From contig DASVUX010000011.1 of assembly GCA_036386835.1 (NCBI GenBank), positions 456,190 to 520,189 of the forward strand: a stretch of DNA of 64,000 nucleotides, read 5' to 3'. This DNA is from Bacteroidia bacterium (GTDB lineage: Bacteria > Bacteroidota > Bacteroidia > 2-12-FULL-35-15). Numbering within the stretch: position 1 is the first letter of the stretch; each line of letters begins with the position of its first letter. A program made the translations under genes and the position numbers. Shown in pieces: positions 47,401 through 54,586 of the stretch. The notes beneath the pieces were generated by a model. The model was given only the letters and a program-made list of their open reading frames with translations. It ran no database searches and was not told the DNA's origin.

Positions 47401-47690
47401 GTGATATGGAATATGTCCAGATGAAGGACATGCGTGCTTCCGGGTTTGAATCGGTTAATGTGATCTCCGGTTACAAATGGCAGGACGGACTCGGATATTA
47501 TGAGAGTACCAGGGATGCTGCTACCAACTTCTTTTTCTCCTATTTACCGAAAGGAACCTATGTTTTTGAATATCCGCTTGTAGTTTCCCACAATGGGGAG
47601 TTTTCAAACGGCATCACATCAATTCAATGTATGTATGCTCCGGAGTTCTCGAGCCATTCGCAGGGAATAAAGGTCAGAGTGGGTAAATAG
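41406..47690 (+). CDS. alpha-2-macroglobulin family protein (bacterial A2M, thioester-containing)
   Basis: 2094 aa with a signal peptide and MG-domain-like beta repeats. Contains RSNFAETAFFYP and the thioester block YPYECSEQTFSRFYAN. A helical TED region and a C-terminal receptor-binding-like domain are present. Confidence 0.9.
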   Translation: MASKRIFFIALLALASIAGAFSVYSFKGGMQQALLIFPKGSTYEKEWRKVDSLQEKGLIKSAHEVVTGIYNKAKSENNSSQFVKAVIHRMKFEQQMEEYSLEKALTRLNEEAAEAQFPVKPVLHSMIAESYWQYYQNNRWKFYNRSTTVNFDNSDITTWDLKSIFDKVIKNYQASLLNSDSLKRTPLNIYDDVLVKYDESRKFRPTLYDFLAHRAIDFYMNEEPDITRPAYKFELNSESYFWNQDDFAKMKIESRDTLSLKYYAIKNMQELIAFHADDKDPQALIDIDLKRLAFVKNKSVSEIKDSLYLQALKDLEAKFSAHQASAQVNAKIANVYFEKGNQYNPLTDGDLPSERSVKWMYKKALELCEATMAKYPKSDGAADCNALAARIKEHSLQFTCEKADLPSTPVKALVTYKNLKTVYVRIAEMDINKYNRSVERYYGEELVRQYLKLKAVRQFTVNLPDDGDYQSHSTEISIPGLSLGHYVVLMASDSSFSYKNNGIAYAGMWISNISYVNRRMDDGSYDFFVQHRSSGEPLKGVTAQLYYEKYNYTSRKYEYIRSEKYTTDEKGYFNVPPANDYRNFNVEFTYRYDLGPAFKEDKLQTDNGIYQYKTYKEEKRKHTRTFFFLDRGIYRPGQTVYFKGIMISTDGEENAIMPKESTTVTFYDVNYQKVADLQLTSNEYGTFSGSFTAPSGVLNGQMSISNGTGTVSFSVEEYKRPKFEVGFKPVEGNYRLGETVKLSGFASAYSGARIDGAEVKYRVVRNATFPYWWYWWRGYYPQSAEMEIVNGSTVSNDTGAFFIDFKAVPDLSIPKSYQPTYSYTVYADVTDINGETHSSQTYVNAAYTALNLDVSIPAMMEKGSKEAFAVHTTNMSGQFQPAAGRVMIFKLKEPEKAYRERTWAQPDKYTMTKNEFEKLFPLDQYSDENNMYKWEKSEKVFETSFENRQNSALAQNAHQNDSIRLKGLNAWKQGVYVMEAYSKDAYGEEVKDIKYFTVYSNQENDVPSNQVSWFVMLTDKALEPGEKAKFIIGSREENVKVLYEIEHKGKVIHQEFITLNREQKLIEIPVEEKHRGNLAFHLVFIKNNRSYSNNGVITVPYTNKELDIQFETFRNKLQPGQQEEWKIKIRDKKGDKVAAEMMATLYDASLDAFRPNSWYFNIYNSYYSNLHWEGNHAFGAVNAQLYSVDWNIYPSGSYRYYDRLNWFGYNAGYYGYYEDGNYDRAYGGAVSKSLNLQSVVVKENSVDESEQNGKAKSRGVREESSKDAEGDMPMDAAAAPDAITATGNTAVLKSGKKDQQDLSKVAARSNFAETAFFYPQMETDKDGSVIIKFTIPEALTKWKMMGFAHTKDLKTGTIANELQTQKDLMVVPNSPRFFRENDRIEFSTKINNLSGKDLDGSAQLFLYDASTMRDITKELGNITALNFGEGTPVKLKKGQSAALSWRLAIPEGYGAITYKIVARAGNFTDGEEMAVPVLTNKMLVTETLPLPVRGLESHTYLFEKLITQSNNSTTLRNHKLTLEFTSNPAWYAIQALPYLMEYPYECSEQTFSRFYANSIASHIANSSPKIKAVFDSWKNTPGSKSLLSNLEKNQELKSLMLEETPWVLDAKNESERKKRVSLLFDLNKMSSELARAITRLEKSQASNGGWPWFEGMPDDRYITQHIVTGMGHLDHLGIKNIRSDNNVWKMVKDAARYLDNRIREDYEWILKHDKAHIDENHLGYLQVQYLYARSYFKDVPIDNPNQKAFDYYKGQAKKYWLSNSRYMQGMISLALNRYDDKSTAMAIIKSLKETSLHSEEMGMYWKDNYEGYYWYQAPVEAQALLIEAFDEVANDKKAVDDLRVWLLKSKQTQDWRTTKATTEACYALLLRGTDWLSTESNVEITMGDVKVDPKDLPDNKPEAGTGYFKTSWSGSDIKPGMGKITVTKKDEGVSWGSVYWQYFEQLDKITPAKTPLSLKKQLFRRKDTDSGPVIELVSENTLLKVGDKLKVRIELRVDRDMEYVQMKDMRASGFESVNVISGYKWQDGLGYYESTRDAATNFFFSYLPKGTYVFEYPLVVSHNGEFSNGITSIQCMYAPEFSSHSQGIKVRVGK
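46041..46052 (+). other. CxEQ thioester motif (CSEQ) codons
   Basis: The codons tgt tcg gaa caa are in frame, at residues 1546-1549 of the A2M ORF. Confidence 0.8.
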
Positions 47691-47708
47691 TTCCTTACGT
47701 ATATTATG

Positions 47709-47744
47709 AAACGATCCGTTTGCAAAGACGGATCGTTTTGTTTT
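47709..47744 (+). terminator. rho-independent terminator
   Basis: Stem aaacgatccgt / acggatcgttt with an 8-nt loop, followed by tgTTTT. Confidence 0.75.
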
Positions 47745-47769
47745 ACATTTGCCAGAGTATCTTAAAATA

Positions 47770-48105
47770 ATGGATATGATAGCACAAACACCAGCACCGC
47801 CTTATTACGCAGTCATCTTCACTTCGGTATTGAATGATGATATCAAGGGTTATGAAGAAACGGCTCAGCAGATGCTCAGCCTTGCTTCCGGAGAAGAAGG
47901 TTTCCTGGGCATCGAGTCAGCGCGCGAGGGTACAGGAATAACAGTCAGCTACTGGAAGGACCTTGATTCGATCAGGAAATGGAAAATGCATTCGGAGCAC
48001 AGGATCGCACAGCAGACGGGCCGATCAGAATGGTATAAGGATTACAAAACGCGGATCTGCCTTGTTGAGCGCGATTATTCAAAAACTAACTCTCCTGCTG
48101 TCTGA
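47770..48105 (+). CDS. antibiotic-biosynthesis-monooxygenase (ABM) family protein
   Basis: The ~111-aa ferredoxin-like pattern YYAVIFTS...GFLGIES......ITVSYW.D...I..W matches the family. The start is set at MDMIAQ. Confidence 0.65.
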   Translation: MDMIAQTPAPPYYAVIFTSVLNDDIKGYEETAQQMLSLASGEEGFLGIESAREGTGITVSYWKDLDSIRKWKMHSEHRIAQQTGRSEWYKDYKTRICLVERDYSKTNSPAV

Positions 48106-48727
48106 CCCCCTTATACATAATATAAAGGCTGATCATAATAAAGATATGTGCGATGTCATTATAGTTAAAGTAATCGTGCAGGGAAAATTTCAGGCCGTGA
48201 ACGATTGCAGTAATAAATGATACCGCAATCCCGTACCCGATAAGTTTATACGATTCCTTTCCTGTTCCGGCTCTGAGATGAAGGATCATAATAGGGATCA
48301 GGCCAAGCGCATTCTCGATGATTGTCACTATGTATTTCTGCACGATCATTAATACAACTATATATGTGATCAATTGTATAATATAAATATACTTCCATGT
48401 TTTGCTGTTTCCCGAATTTTGTAAAACAGAGAGCAGGGTGGCCTGCTGCGCAAAATAGATGGCAAATCCATTAATCAGCTGCATGGGGAGCCAGAAACTT
48501 TTGTACTGCCACCCGTCATGAACAGGGAAAAATGCATGCGAGGTGCCGCCAAACAATGTGGAAATTCCCAGCAGGAGAAAGAACAGTCTCCAGTTCTTTA
48601 CAGTTTCATTCGCAGGCTTAATCCGGATATAAAAAAGCAAAGCGATTATTGTAATGATGTAATCGGTGATAGCAGTGACCGGTTCGTAAATCACGAGGTC
48701 ACCTATAGATAAAGTAGTGATAACCAT
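48086..48727 (-). CDS. hypothetical integral membrane protein (~7 TM)
   Basis: Hydrophobic periodicity with conserved His residues. The start is set at MVITTLS because a minus-strand -7 box (forward caaaatta, 48733-48740) lies just upstream. I could not assign a family. Confidence 0.55.
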   Translation of the reverse strand: MVITTLSIGDLVIYEPVTAITDYIITIIALLFYIRIKPANETVKNWRLFFLLLGISTLFGGTSHAFFPVHDGWQYKSFWLPMQLINGFAIYFAQQATLLSVLQNSGNSKTWKYIYIIQLITYIVVLMIVQKYIVTIIENALGLIPIMILHLRAGTGKESYKLIGYGIAVSFITAIVHGLKFSLHDYFNYNDIAHIFIMISLYIMYKGVRQQES

Positions 48728-48814
48728 TGATGCAAAATTATAAATTTTTTTGGAGAATGCTGCATGAGCATTCAGAAGCAGTAATTGTTCAGTGAATTGT
48801 AGTACTTTTACATT

Positions 48815-50047
48815 ATGGTAAAACGATTTTATTTTAAGCATCATATCTTTCACATCAAAGCAATTTTTGCTGTGCTGAAAGATGTTTTTGAAAATGGTGT
48901 TTTTGCAGACAAGGCGATCGAGAAAGTTATGCGCGCGAATAAGAAATGGGATGTTAAAGAGCGCAGTTTTGTATCCGAGGTCAGTTATGATATAATAAGG
49001 AACTGGCGGCTGCTGACAACTGCCGCAGCTGCAGAAGGCAAGCTGAGTGACAATACTCTCTGGATGATCTTCGGTACATACCTTGTGTTTGACGGGTATG
49101 AGCTGCCTGAAAGCGATTACTTCCGTAATGTCACCGAAAAGAAAGTGATTTCACAATTGGAAAAATTCAGCAAGATCCGGAAGATCAGGGAATCAGTGCC
49201 GGACTGGCTGGATGTGATGGGCGAGAAGGAGCTCGGGAAGTCCTGGGAAAAAACACTTCGAGCATTGAACCAGAAACCCAGCATGGTTCTTCGTGCTAAT
49301 TCGTTGCTGATCACACCGAAGGAACTCCAGAAGAAACTGGAGGAAGAAGATAATATAACGGAAACCTCACCGATCGTTTGGTCACCAGATGCCATTGAAC
49401 TTAAGTACCAGAGGAATGTTTTTCGCACAGAGTCATTTCACAAAGGGCTGTTCGAAGTCCAGGATGCAGCATCACAGATGGTTTCCGAATACCTGAATGT
49501 TGCCCCGGGAATGCGTGTGATCGATGCATGTGCGGGTGCGGGCGGAAAAACATTGCATCTTGCTGCCCTTATGAAGAACAAGGGCCGTATCATAGCAATG
49601 GATACAAAAGAGAAAAAACTTGCGGAATTAAAAAAGCGCGCAACAAGGGCTGAGGTGAAGATCATTGAAACACGTACTATAGATTCATCAAAGGTTATAA
49701 AAAGATTAAAAGATTCGGCAGACAGGTTACTTCTTGATGTGCCATGCTCGGGCCTGGGAGTTTTAAGAAGGAACCCTGACAGTAAATGGAAGCTTACACC
49801 GGAAGAAATAGAACGCGTTAAAAAGATCCAGCGCGAAATCCTCGGAAGCTTTTGTGAAATGGTTAAACCGGGAGGTAAAATGGTTTATGCAACATGCAGC
49901 ATTCTTCCAAGTGAAGGTGAAGACCAGGTAAAATGGTTCCTTGAAACAGTTGGTGATCGCTGGAATTTTGCCGGTGAGAAACGGTATTTACCGGAAGTTC
50001 ATCATGCTGATGGTTTTTATATGGCGTTGCTTGAGCGTGTAAAATGA
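48815..50047 (+). CDS. RsmB/RsmF-like rRNA cytosine-C5 methyltransferase (NOL1/NOP2/Sun family)
   Basis: SAM motif IDACAGAGGKT. Catalytic blocks LLDVPCSGLGVLRRNPD and YATCSI are present. Confidence 0.85.
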   Translation: MVKRFYFKHHIFHIKAIFAVLKDVFENGVFADKAIEKVMRANKKWDVKERSFVSEVSYDIIRNWRLLTTAAAAEGKLSDNTLWMIFGTYLVFDGYELPESDYFRNVTEKKVISQLEKFSKIRKIRESVPDWLDVMGEKELGKSWEKTLRALNQKPSMVLRANSLLITPKELQKKLEEEDNITETSPIVWSPDAIELKYQRNVFRTESFHKGLFEVQDAASQMVSEYLNVAPGMRVIDACAGAGGKTLHLAALMKNKGRIIAMDTKEKKLAELKKRATRAEVKIIETRTIDSSKVIKRLKDSADRLLLDVPCSGLGVLRRNPDSKWKLTPEEIERVKKIQREILGSFCEMVKPGGKMVYATCSILPSEGEDQVKWFLETVGDRWNFAGEKRYLPEVHHADGFYMALLERVK

Positions 50048-50445
50048 TACTATTGATCAGGCCAACAAGATGAAACACCAGGTTTATAAAATTTAATTGA
50101 ATTCATTTTTGAATGAATAACAAATCATGATGTGTTTATTCAAGTAGAATTATCTTTGAAATTAATATACAATCGTTCATTGTTATTATTGTTGATGAAA
50201 TCTTAATGAAGCCTTACATCTATTGTATAATCAGTGCTTTCAGAGGATGGTGAAATTTATTTTTAATTGGCATTCATCACACGGTTAAATTTATTCCTGA
50301 TGAATGATGTTGATAGAACCTTTAATATAATTGATGATATTAACAATATGAACAGAACGATGTTAATAAAATAAAGGGCATTTATTTTTTTTGTGTTAAT
50401 AATTTTTCTTACTTCGTATCAAATAATTTAATAACCAAAAAAACC

Positions 50446-50583
50446 ATGGCAAAAAAAGTAGCAAAAAAAGCAGCTCCAAAAAAAGCTGCGAAAAAAGCAG
50501 CTCCAAAAAAAGCAGCTAAGAAAGCAGCAAAAAAATCTGCTCCTAAGAAAGCAGCTAAAAAAGCAGCTAAAAAGAAAAAGTAA
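50446..50583 (+). CDS. 45-aa Lys/Ala-rich histone-H1-like basic protein (not in supplied ORF track)
   Basis: The ORF runs from ATG to TAA and translates as MAKKVAKKAAPKKAAKKAAPKKAAKKAAKKSAPKKAAKKAAKKKK. It is followed immediately by a strong terminator. Confidence 0.7.
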   Translation: MAKKVAKKAAPKKAAKKAAPKKAAKKAAKKSAPKKAAKKAAKKKK

Positions 50584-50585
50584 GA

Positions 50586-50614
50586 AAAGAGGCTCGAAAG
50601 AGCCTTTTTTTTTT
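50586..50614 (+). terminator. rho-independent terminator
   Basis: Stem aaagaggctc / gagccttt with loop gaaa, followed by a long T-run. Confidence 0.8.
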
Positions 50615-50689
50615 GACTTGATTTTCCTCCCTGACTAGCCTCTCTCCATCGTATTTCAGAAATATTATTAGCGCAACCTTCGTTTTCTC

Positions 50690-51712
50690 TTATTTTTGAG
50701 GAGATACACCAATACCCGGTTTATCATTCAGGATTATTTTACCCTGCTCAAATTTTATTCCTTCAAATAAATCATTCCTGATCAGCATCGGTCCGTCAAG
50801 GTCGGCATGATCGGCAAAGGGTGTGAGTTGTGCAGCAGCTGATACCGCACAGGAAGTTTCACTCATGCAGCCGATAAGCACCTGTAAGTTGAGTTCTCTC
50901 GCCTTGATAATCATCTTCATGGCTTCGTGCATGCCCGTACATTTCATAAGTTTAATATTTATACCGTGAAAGCATTCACTGATCTTTCCAACGTCATCAA
51001 GACGCTGAACACTCTCATCGGCATATAATGGCAAAGGGCTTCTTTTATATAGCCACAGCATCGATTCAAGATCTTCCTTCTTTAAAGGCTGTTCAACAAA
51101 CAAGACATTCCTGTTATTCAGCCACTCGATCATTTCAATAGCCGTTTCTTTTGAATCCCATCCCTGGTTCACATCAACAGCTATAGGCTTATCAGTGATG
51201 CTCCTTATTGTATCGATCATTGCTTTGTCATTGAGGCCATCAAGCTTAACTTTAAGGATCCTGAATTCCTCTGCTTCGCTTATCTTTTTCCTGATCACTT
51301 CTGGTCCGTCAATTCCAAGCGTGAACGTGGTAAATGGTGTTTTGTACCTGGCTGCACCAAAAATTTCCCAGCAGGGCTGACTTTGGAGCTTCCCTGAGAG
51401 ATCATGAAGTGCTATATCAATGCTTGCCTTGGCAGCAGTGTTGCCTCCTTCCAGTTCGTCAACTGCCTTCATTATTCCGGGAATACTGAAGGGGCCTTTA
51501 ATTTCATTAAGAAGCCCGGACGCTTTATTAAGGAATGCGGAGACCGTTTCGTGGCTTTCACCCAGGTAAGGGGGCATGCTCGCTTCACCGTACCCTGTGC
51601 AGCCGTTATGCTCAAGGCGTGTTATTACCACAGGCGTTGAGGTGCGGGTACCATGCGCGATCTTAAAAGGATGAATAAAGAAGAGGGTATGAGGGGTAAA
51701 GTAAAGTTTCAT
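50690..51712 (-). CDS. dipeptide epimerase (L-Ala-D/L-Glu epimerase type), enolase superfamily
   Basis: MR/MLE blocks are KVKLDG, DVNQGW, FVEQPL, ADES and KLMKCTG. The protein is 340 aa. Confidence 0.85.
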   Translation of the reverse strand: MKLYFTPHTLFFIHPFKIAHGTRTSTPVVITRLEHNGCTGYGEASMPPYLGESHETVSAFLNKASGLLNEIKGPFSIPGIMKAVDELEGGNTAAKASIDIALHDLSGKLQSQPCWEIFGAARYKTPFTTFTLGIDGPEVIRKKISEAEEFRILKVKLDGLNDKAMIDTIRSITDKPIAVDVNQGWDSKETAIEMIEWLNNRNVLFVEQPLKKEDLESMLWLYKRSPLPLYADESVQRLDDVGKISECFHGINIKLMKCTGMHEAMKMIIKARELNLQVLIGCMSETSCAVSAAAQLTPFADHADLDGPMLIRNDLFEGIKFEQGKIILNDKPGIGVSPQK

Positions 51713-51816
51713 GTCAGCAGTTAAACAAAACCTAAAAGTAGCTAATTATCAAAACCGGATACTTGCTGTTAATTGTTTCTGATAACAAAGTGCTGTGTCA
51801 TATCAACTATATAAAT

Positions 51817-51824
51817 TATATTTG
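51817..51824 (+). promoter_or_regulatory. -7 box (TAtaTTTG)
   Basis: Exact match 27 nt upstream of the ATG at 51851. Confidence 0.4.
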
Positions 51825-51850
51825 CTCATCAAACAAACAAAACAATTCAA

Positions 51851-52369
51851 ATGAAAAAACTATTTTTATTATTAGCTGTTCCTGCAATGTTCACACTTGC
51901 AAGCTGTGGAGATAACAAGACTGAAGAATCAACTGCTTCCATGCCGGGAATGACAGAAACAACCATTACCGTAAACGGGACACCGTTATCCATAATGGTC
52001 CCGGATTCTACTAAAGGTAAACTTGAAGTGGTTGAGCAGTCGTGGGGTGCTACAGAGATAAAAGTGGGTAAAGATTTCCAGATTTCTGTGACTGAAGGCG
52101 AAGGAGACATAGCTCTTACAAAAAGCGATATCGCGGGGAATGATGTAAATAAATTCAAACGCTTTGTTAAGGATGAGCCTACTCTTGTTTTCTGGGAATC
52201 TGAAATTACAGAGCCAGAATATCATTTTTACACTATTGTCAAAGCCGGAACAACATCTTACCTTGTTGAAGATATCAAAGGCGAGATCTTTAATGAGAAA
52301 GCAGCGCAAACTATGATTGATGCCTCCAAAACATTAAAAGTGAAAGAAGGCGCAAAACCGGGCGCATAA
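51851..52369 (+). CDS. hypothetical lipoprotein
   Basis: Lipobox FTLASCG. The protein is 172 aa. Confidence 0.6.
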   Translation: MKKLFLLLAVPAMFTLASCGDNKTEESTASMPGMTETTITVNGTPLSIMVPDSTKGKLEVVEQSWGATEIKVGKDFQISVTEGEGDIALTKSDIAGNDVNKFKRFVKDEPTLVFWESEITEPEYHFYTIVKAGTTSYLVEDIKGEIFNEKAAQTMIDASKTLKVKEGAKPGA

Positions 52370-52390
52370 GCTGATCTTTTAACCAGTCAG

Positions 52391-52428
52391 AAAAATGCCT
52401 TCCCGGATTTCCGGGAAGGCATTTTTTT
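52391..52428 (+). terminator. rho-independent terminator
   Basis: 16-bp stem aaaaatgccttcccgg / ccgggaaggcattttt with loop attt, followed by a T-run. Confidence 0.75.
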
Positions 52429-52439
52429 ATCTTAAAAAT

Positions 52440-53663
52440 ATGTACCGCATACTTTCTTTATACCGTGATGCCTTTACGAATATCCAGCCTAACATCTGGA
52501 TCCTGTCTGTTTCCATGTTCATAAACAGGAGCGGTTCTATGGTGCTGCTTTTTACTTCCCTGTATTTGACAAAAGACCTGCATTTTACAATTGCCGAAGC
52601 AGGCCTTGCCCTGAGCTTTTACGGAATAGGAAGTGTGCTCGGATCCTATGCAGGCGGCTGGCTTACTGACCGTAAGAATTTTTTTGATATCATGATCTTT
52701 TCCCTGGTCAGCAGCGGCCTGGTATTGTTATTAATGCTTATCGCGTCAAGTCCTGCATCCATCTCTGTAATCATATTCATTTATGCATTTACGGCTGACA
52801 TGTTCCGTCCGGCTAATTCAAAAGCAATCGCGGTTTACAGTTCACCTGAGAACCGCACACGTTCCGTTTCCCTCGTGCGTCTTGCTATCAACCTGGGTTT
52901 TTCTCTCGGACCTGCAATGGGTGGGTTTATCGCTTTGTACCTTGGTTACAAATGGCTTTTCGTCATCGATTCATTCAGCGGCTTTGCCGCAGCTGCCATG
53001 CTCTTCTTTTACCTGCCAAGGAATACTGCACATGTCGAAGGCAAAGACAACAATGTCCTGGCCAATCGCAGTACTTCAGCTTACCGCGATTGGCAATACC
53101 TTGTGTTCATTATTATGGTAGCCTTTTACGGAATGTGCTTTTTTCAGCTCTTTGCGAGCATCCCGCAATATTTCAGCCGGGAGTGCCATTATTCGGAAGA
53201 TACGATCGGTTTGCTTCTTGCCCTGAATGGTTTACTCGTTGTATTGATAGAGATGCCGCTGGTAGCTGCATTTCAAAAACATAAGAATATCTTCCGGTTT
53301 ATCATTACAGGTACATTATGTATTCCTGTTTCCCTCCTTGCGTTGCATTTCGGGCAGGGTGCGATGCTTTGGGCCATTGTCTATACTTTCCTTATTACGA
53401 TGTCGGAGATCCTCGCAATGCCCTTTATGATGAACTATTCTTTGTCAAGACCCGCAAAAGAGCGACAGGGACAATATTCTGCACTGTATTCTATTTCGTA
53501 CGGATTGGCGAACATCGCGGCCCCTTTGCTCGGCCTTGGAATTGCAAGCACATATGGTTTTGATACAATGTTTTATTTCTTCATCGGATTAAGCCTTTTA
53601 ACAGCTGCAGGTTTTGCAGCGCTGAATAAAGTGGATGCCGCGGAACGGGCGAGAAAAGCATAG
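52440..53663 (+). CDS. MFS transporter
   Basis: 12-TM hydrophobic profile with the block GGWLTDRK in loop 2-3. The start is set at MYRIL, downstream of the terminator hairpin. Confidence 0.8.
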   Translation: MYRILSLYRDAFTNIQPNIWILSVSMFINRSGSMVLLFTSLYLTKDLHFTIAEAGLALSFYGIGSVLGSYAGGWLTDRKNFFDIMIFSLVSSGLVLLLMLIASSPASISVIIFIYAFTADMFRPANSKAIAVYSSPENRTRSVSLVRLAINLGFSLGPAMGGFIALYLGYKWLFVIDSFSGFAAAAMLFFYLPRNTAHVEGKDNNVLANRSTSAYRDWQYLVFIIMVAFYGMCFFQLFASIPQYFSRECHYSEDTIGLLLALNGLLVVLIEMPLVAAFQKHKNIFRFIITGTLCIPVSLLALHFGQGAMLWAIVYTFLITMSEILAMPFMMNYSLSRPAKERQGQYSALYSISYGLANIAAPLLGLGIASTYGFDTMFYFFIGLSLLTAAGFAALNKVDAAERARKA

Positions 53664-53716
53664 AAGTATTTTTAGCCTGCAGCAGATTCTCCGATTAGAT
53701 CTTCTTATTTCCAAAT

Positions 53717-54586
53717 TTAAAAGATCTCCACTGAAAACGAACGGGTAAAATTCTCTCCTGCCCCCAGGCTATTGATCCCTTCTTTAATTTTCAGTTCTCC
53801 CTTGTGAGTTGTATTATCTGCAATTCCGCACCATGGTTCGAGGCATATAAATGGTGCACCGGGTTTTGTCCAGATTCCAAAATAAGGAAAGCCGCGGAAT
53901 TCAAATTTAAGTAAGGAACCCTTTTTTCTGCTTTTAAGATACATGAACGATGACTCCATGTTTTTAAATACGATCGCATCTTTGCGGAAGAGGTCTTCAT
54001 TCAGATCAAGAATGTGTGTGTGTTCCATTACATTTTCTGTTTGACCGTTAAAGCAGCCTTGTGATAACAGATGGCGGTTGAGGACTTCTGCTTTCTCAAA
54101 TTCAAGATAATGATCGGAAAATGAAGATGCTGCATCCAGAGAACAATTAAATCCGGGGTGGGCACCGATAGAAAACAACATTTCTGTTTTCCCGGTATTT
54201 CTTATTTCATATGTTGTTGTGAGTTTGTTTCCAATAAGGTCATACCTTACCTGCAGTTCAAATTCAAATGGGTACACTTTTAATGTTTCCGCATCAGAGC
54301 TCAATGAAAAAACAAGGTGATCTTCCCCCTGGCTGAGCACTTTGAATTCCTTATCCCTTGCAAAGCCGTGTTGTGTTAAATCATATTTCTTTCCGTTTAC
54401 CACGTAACTGTTATTATTTAGTTTGCCGACTATAGGGAACAGGACCGGTGCCTTTCTCGGCCACCAGCCGGGATCACCCTGCCAGAGAAACTCCGTTTGT
54501 TCTTTTTTGGAAAGTACTGAGCTTAGTTCAGCGCCCAGGGTACTGACTTCAACGGAGAGCAGTTCATTTTCGATCTTGAGATTCAT
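53717..54586 (-). CDS. aldose 1-epimerase (galactose mutarotase-like) family protein
   Basis: Contains FPIVG....N........Y.L.QHGFAR and GAHPGF blocks. The protein is 289 aa. Confidence 0.8.
   Translation of the reverse strand: MNLKIENELLSVEVSTLGAELSSVLSKKEQTEFLWQGDPGWWPRKAPVLFPIVGKLNNNSYVVNGKKYDLTQHGFARDKEFKVLSQGEDHLVFSLSSDAETLKVYPFEFELQVRYDLIGNKLTTTYEIRNTGKTEMLFSIGAHPGFNCSLDAASSFSDHYLEFEKAEVLNRHLLSQGCFNGQTENVMEHTHILDLNEDLFRKDAIVFKNMESSFMYLKSRKKGSLLKFEFRGFPYFGIWTKPGAPFICLEPWCGIADNTTHKGELKIKEGINSLGAGENFTRSFSVEIF

Noticed and set aside
50097-50125. ttgaatgaataacaaatcatgatg as a possible Fur box
   Set aside because: It resembles GATAATGATAATCATTATC only loosely, sharing AT-rich words and lacking the 7-1-7 or hexamer-repeat symmetry. 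I have kept it only as part of the general AT-rich-region observation.
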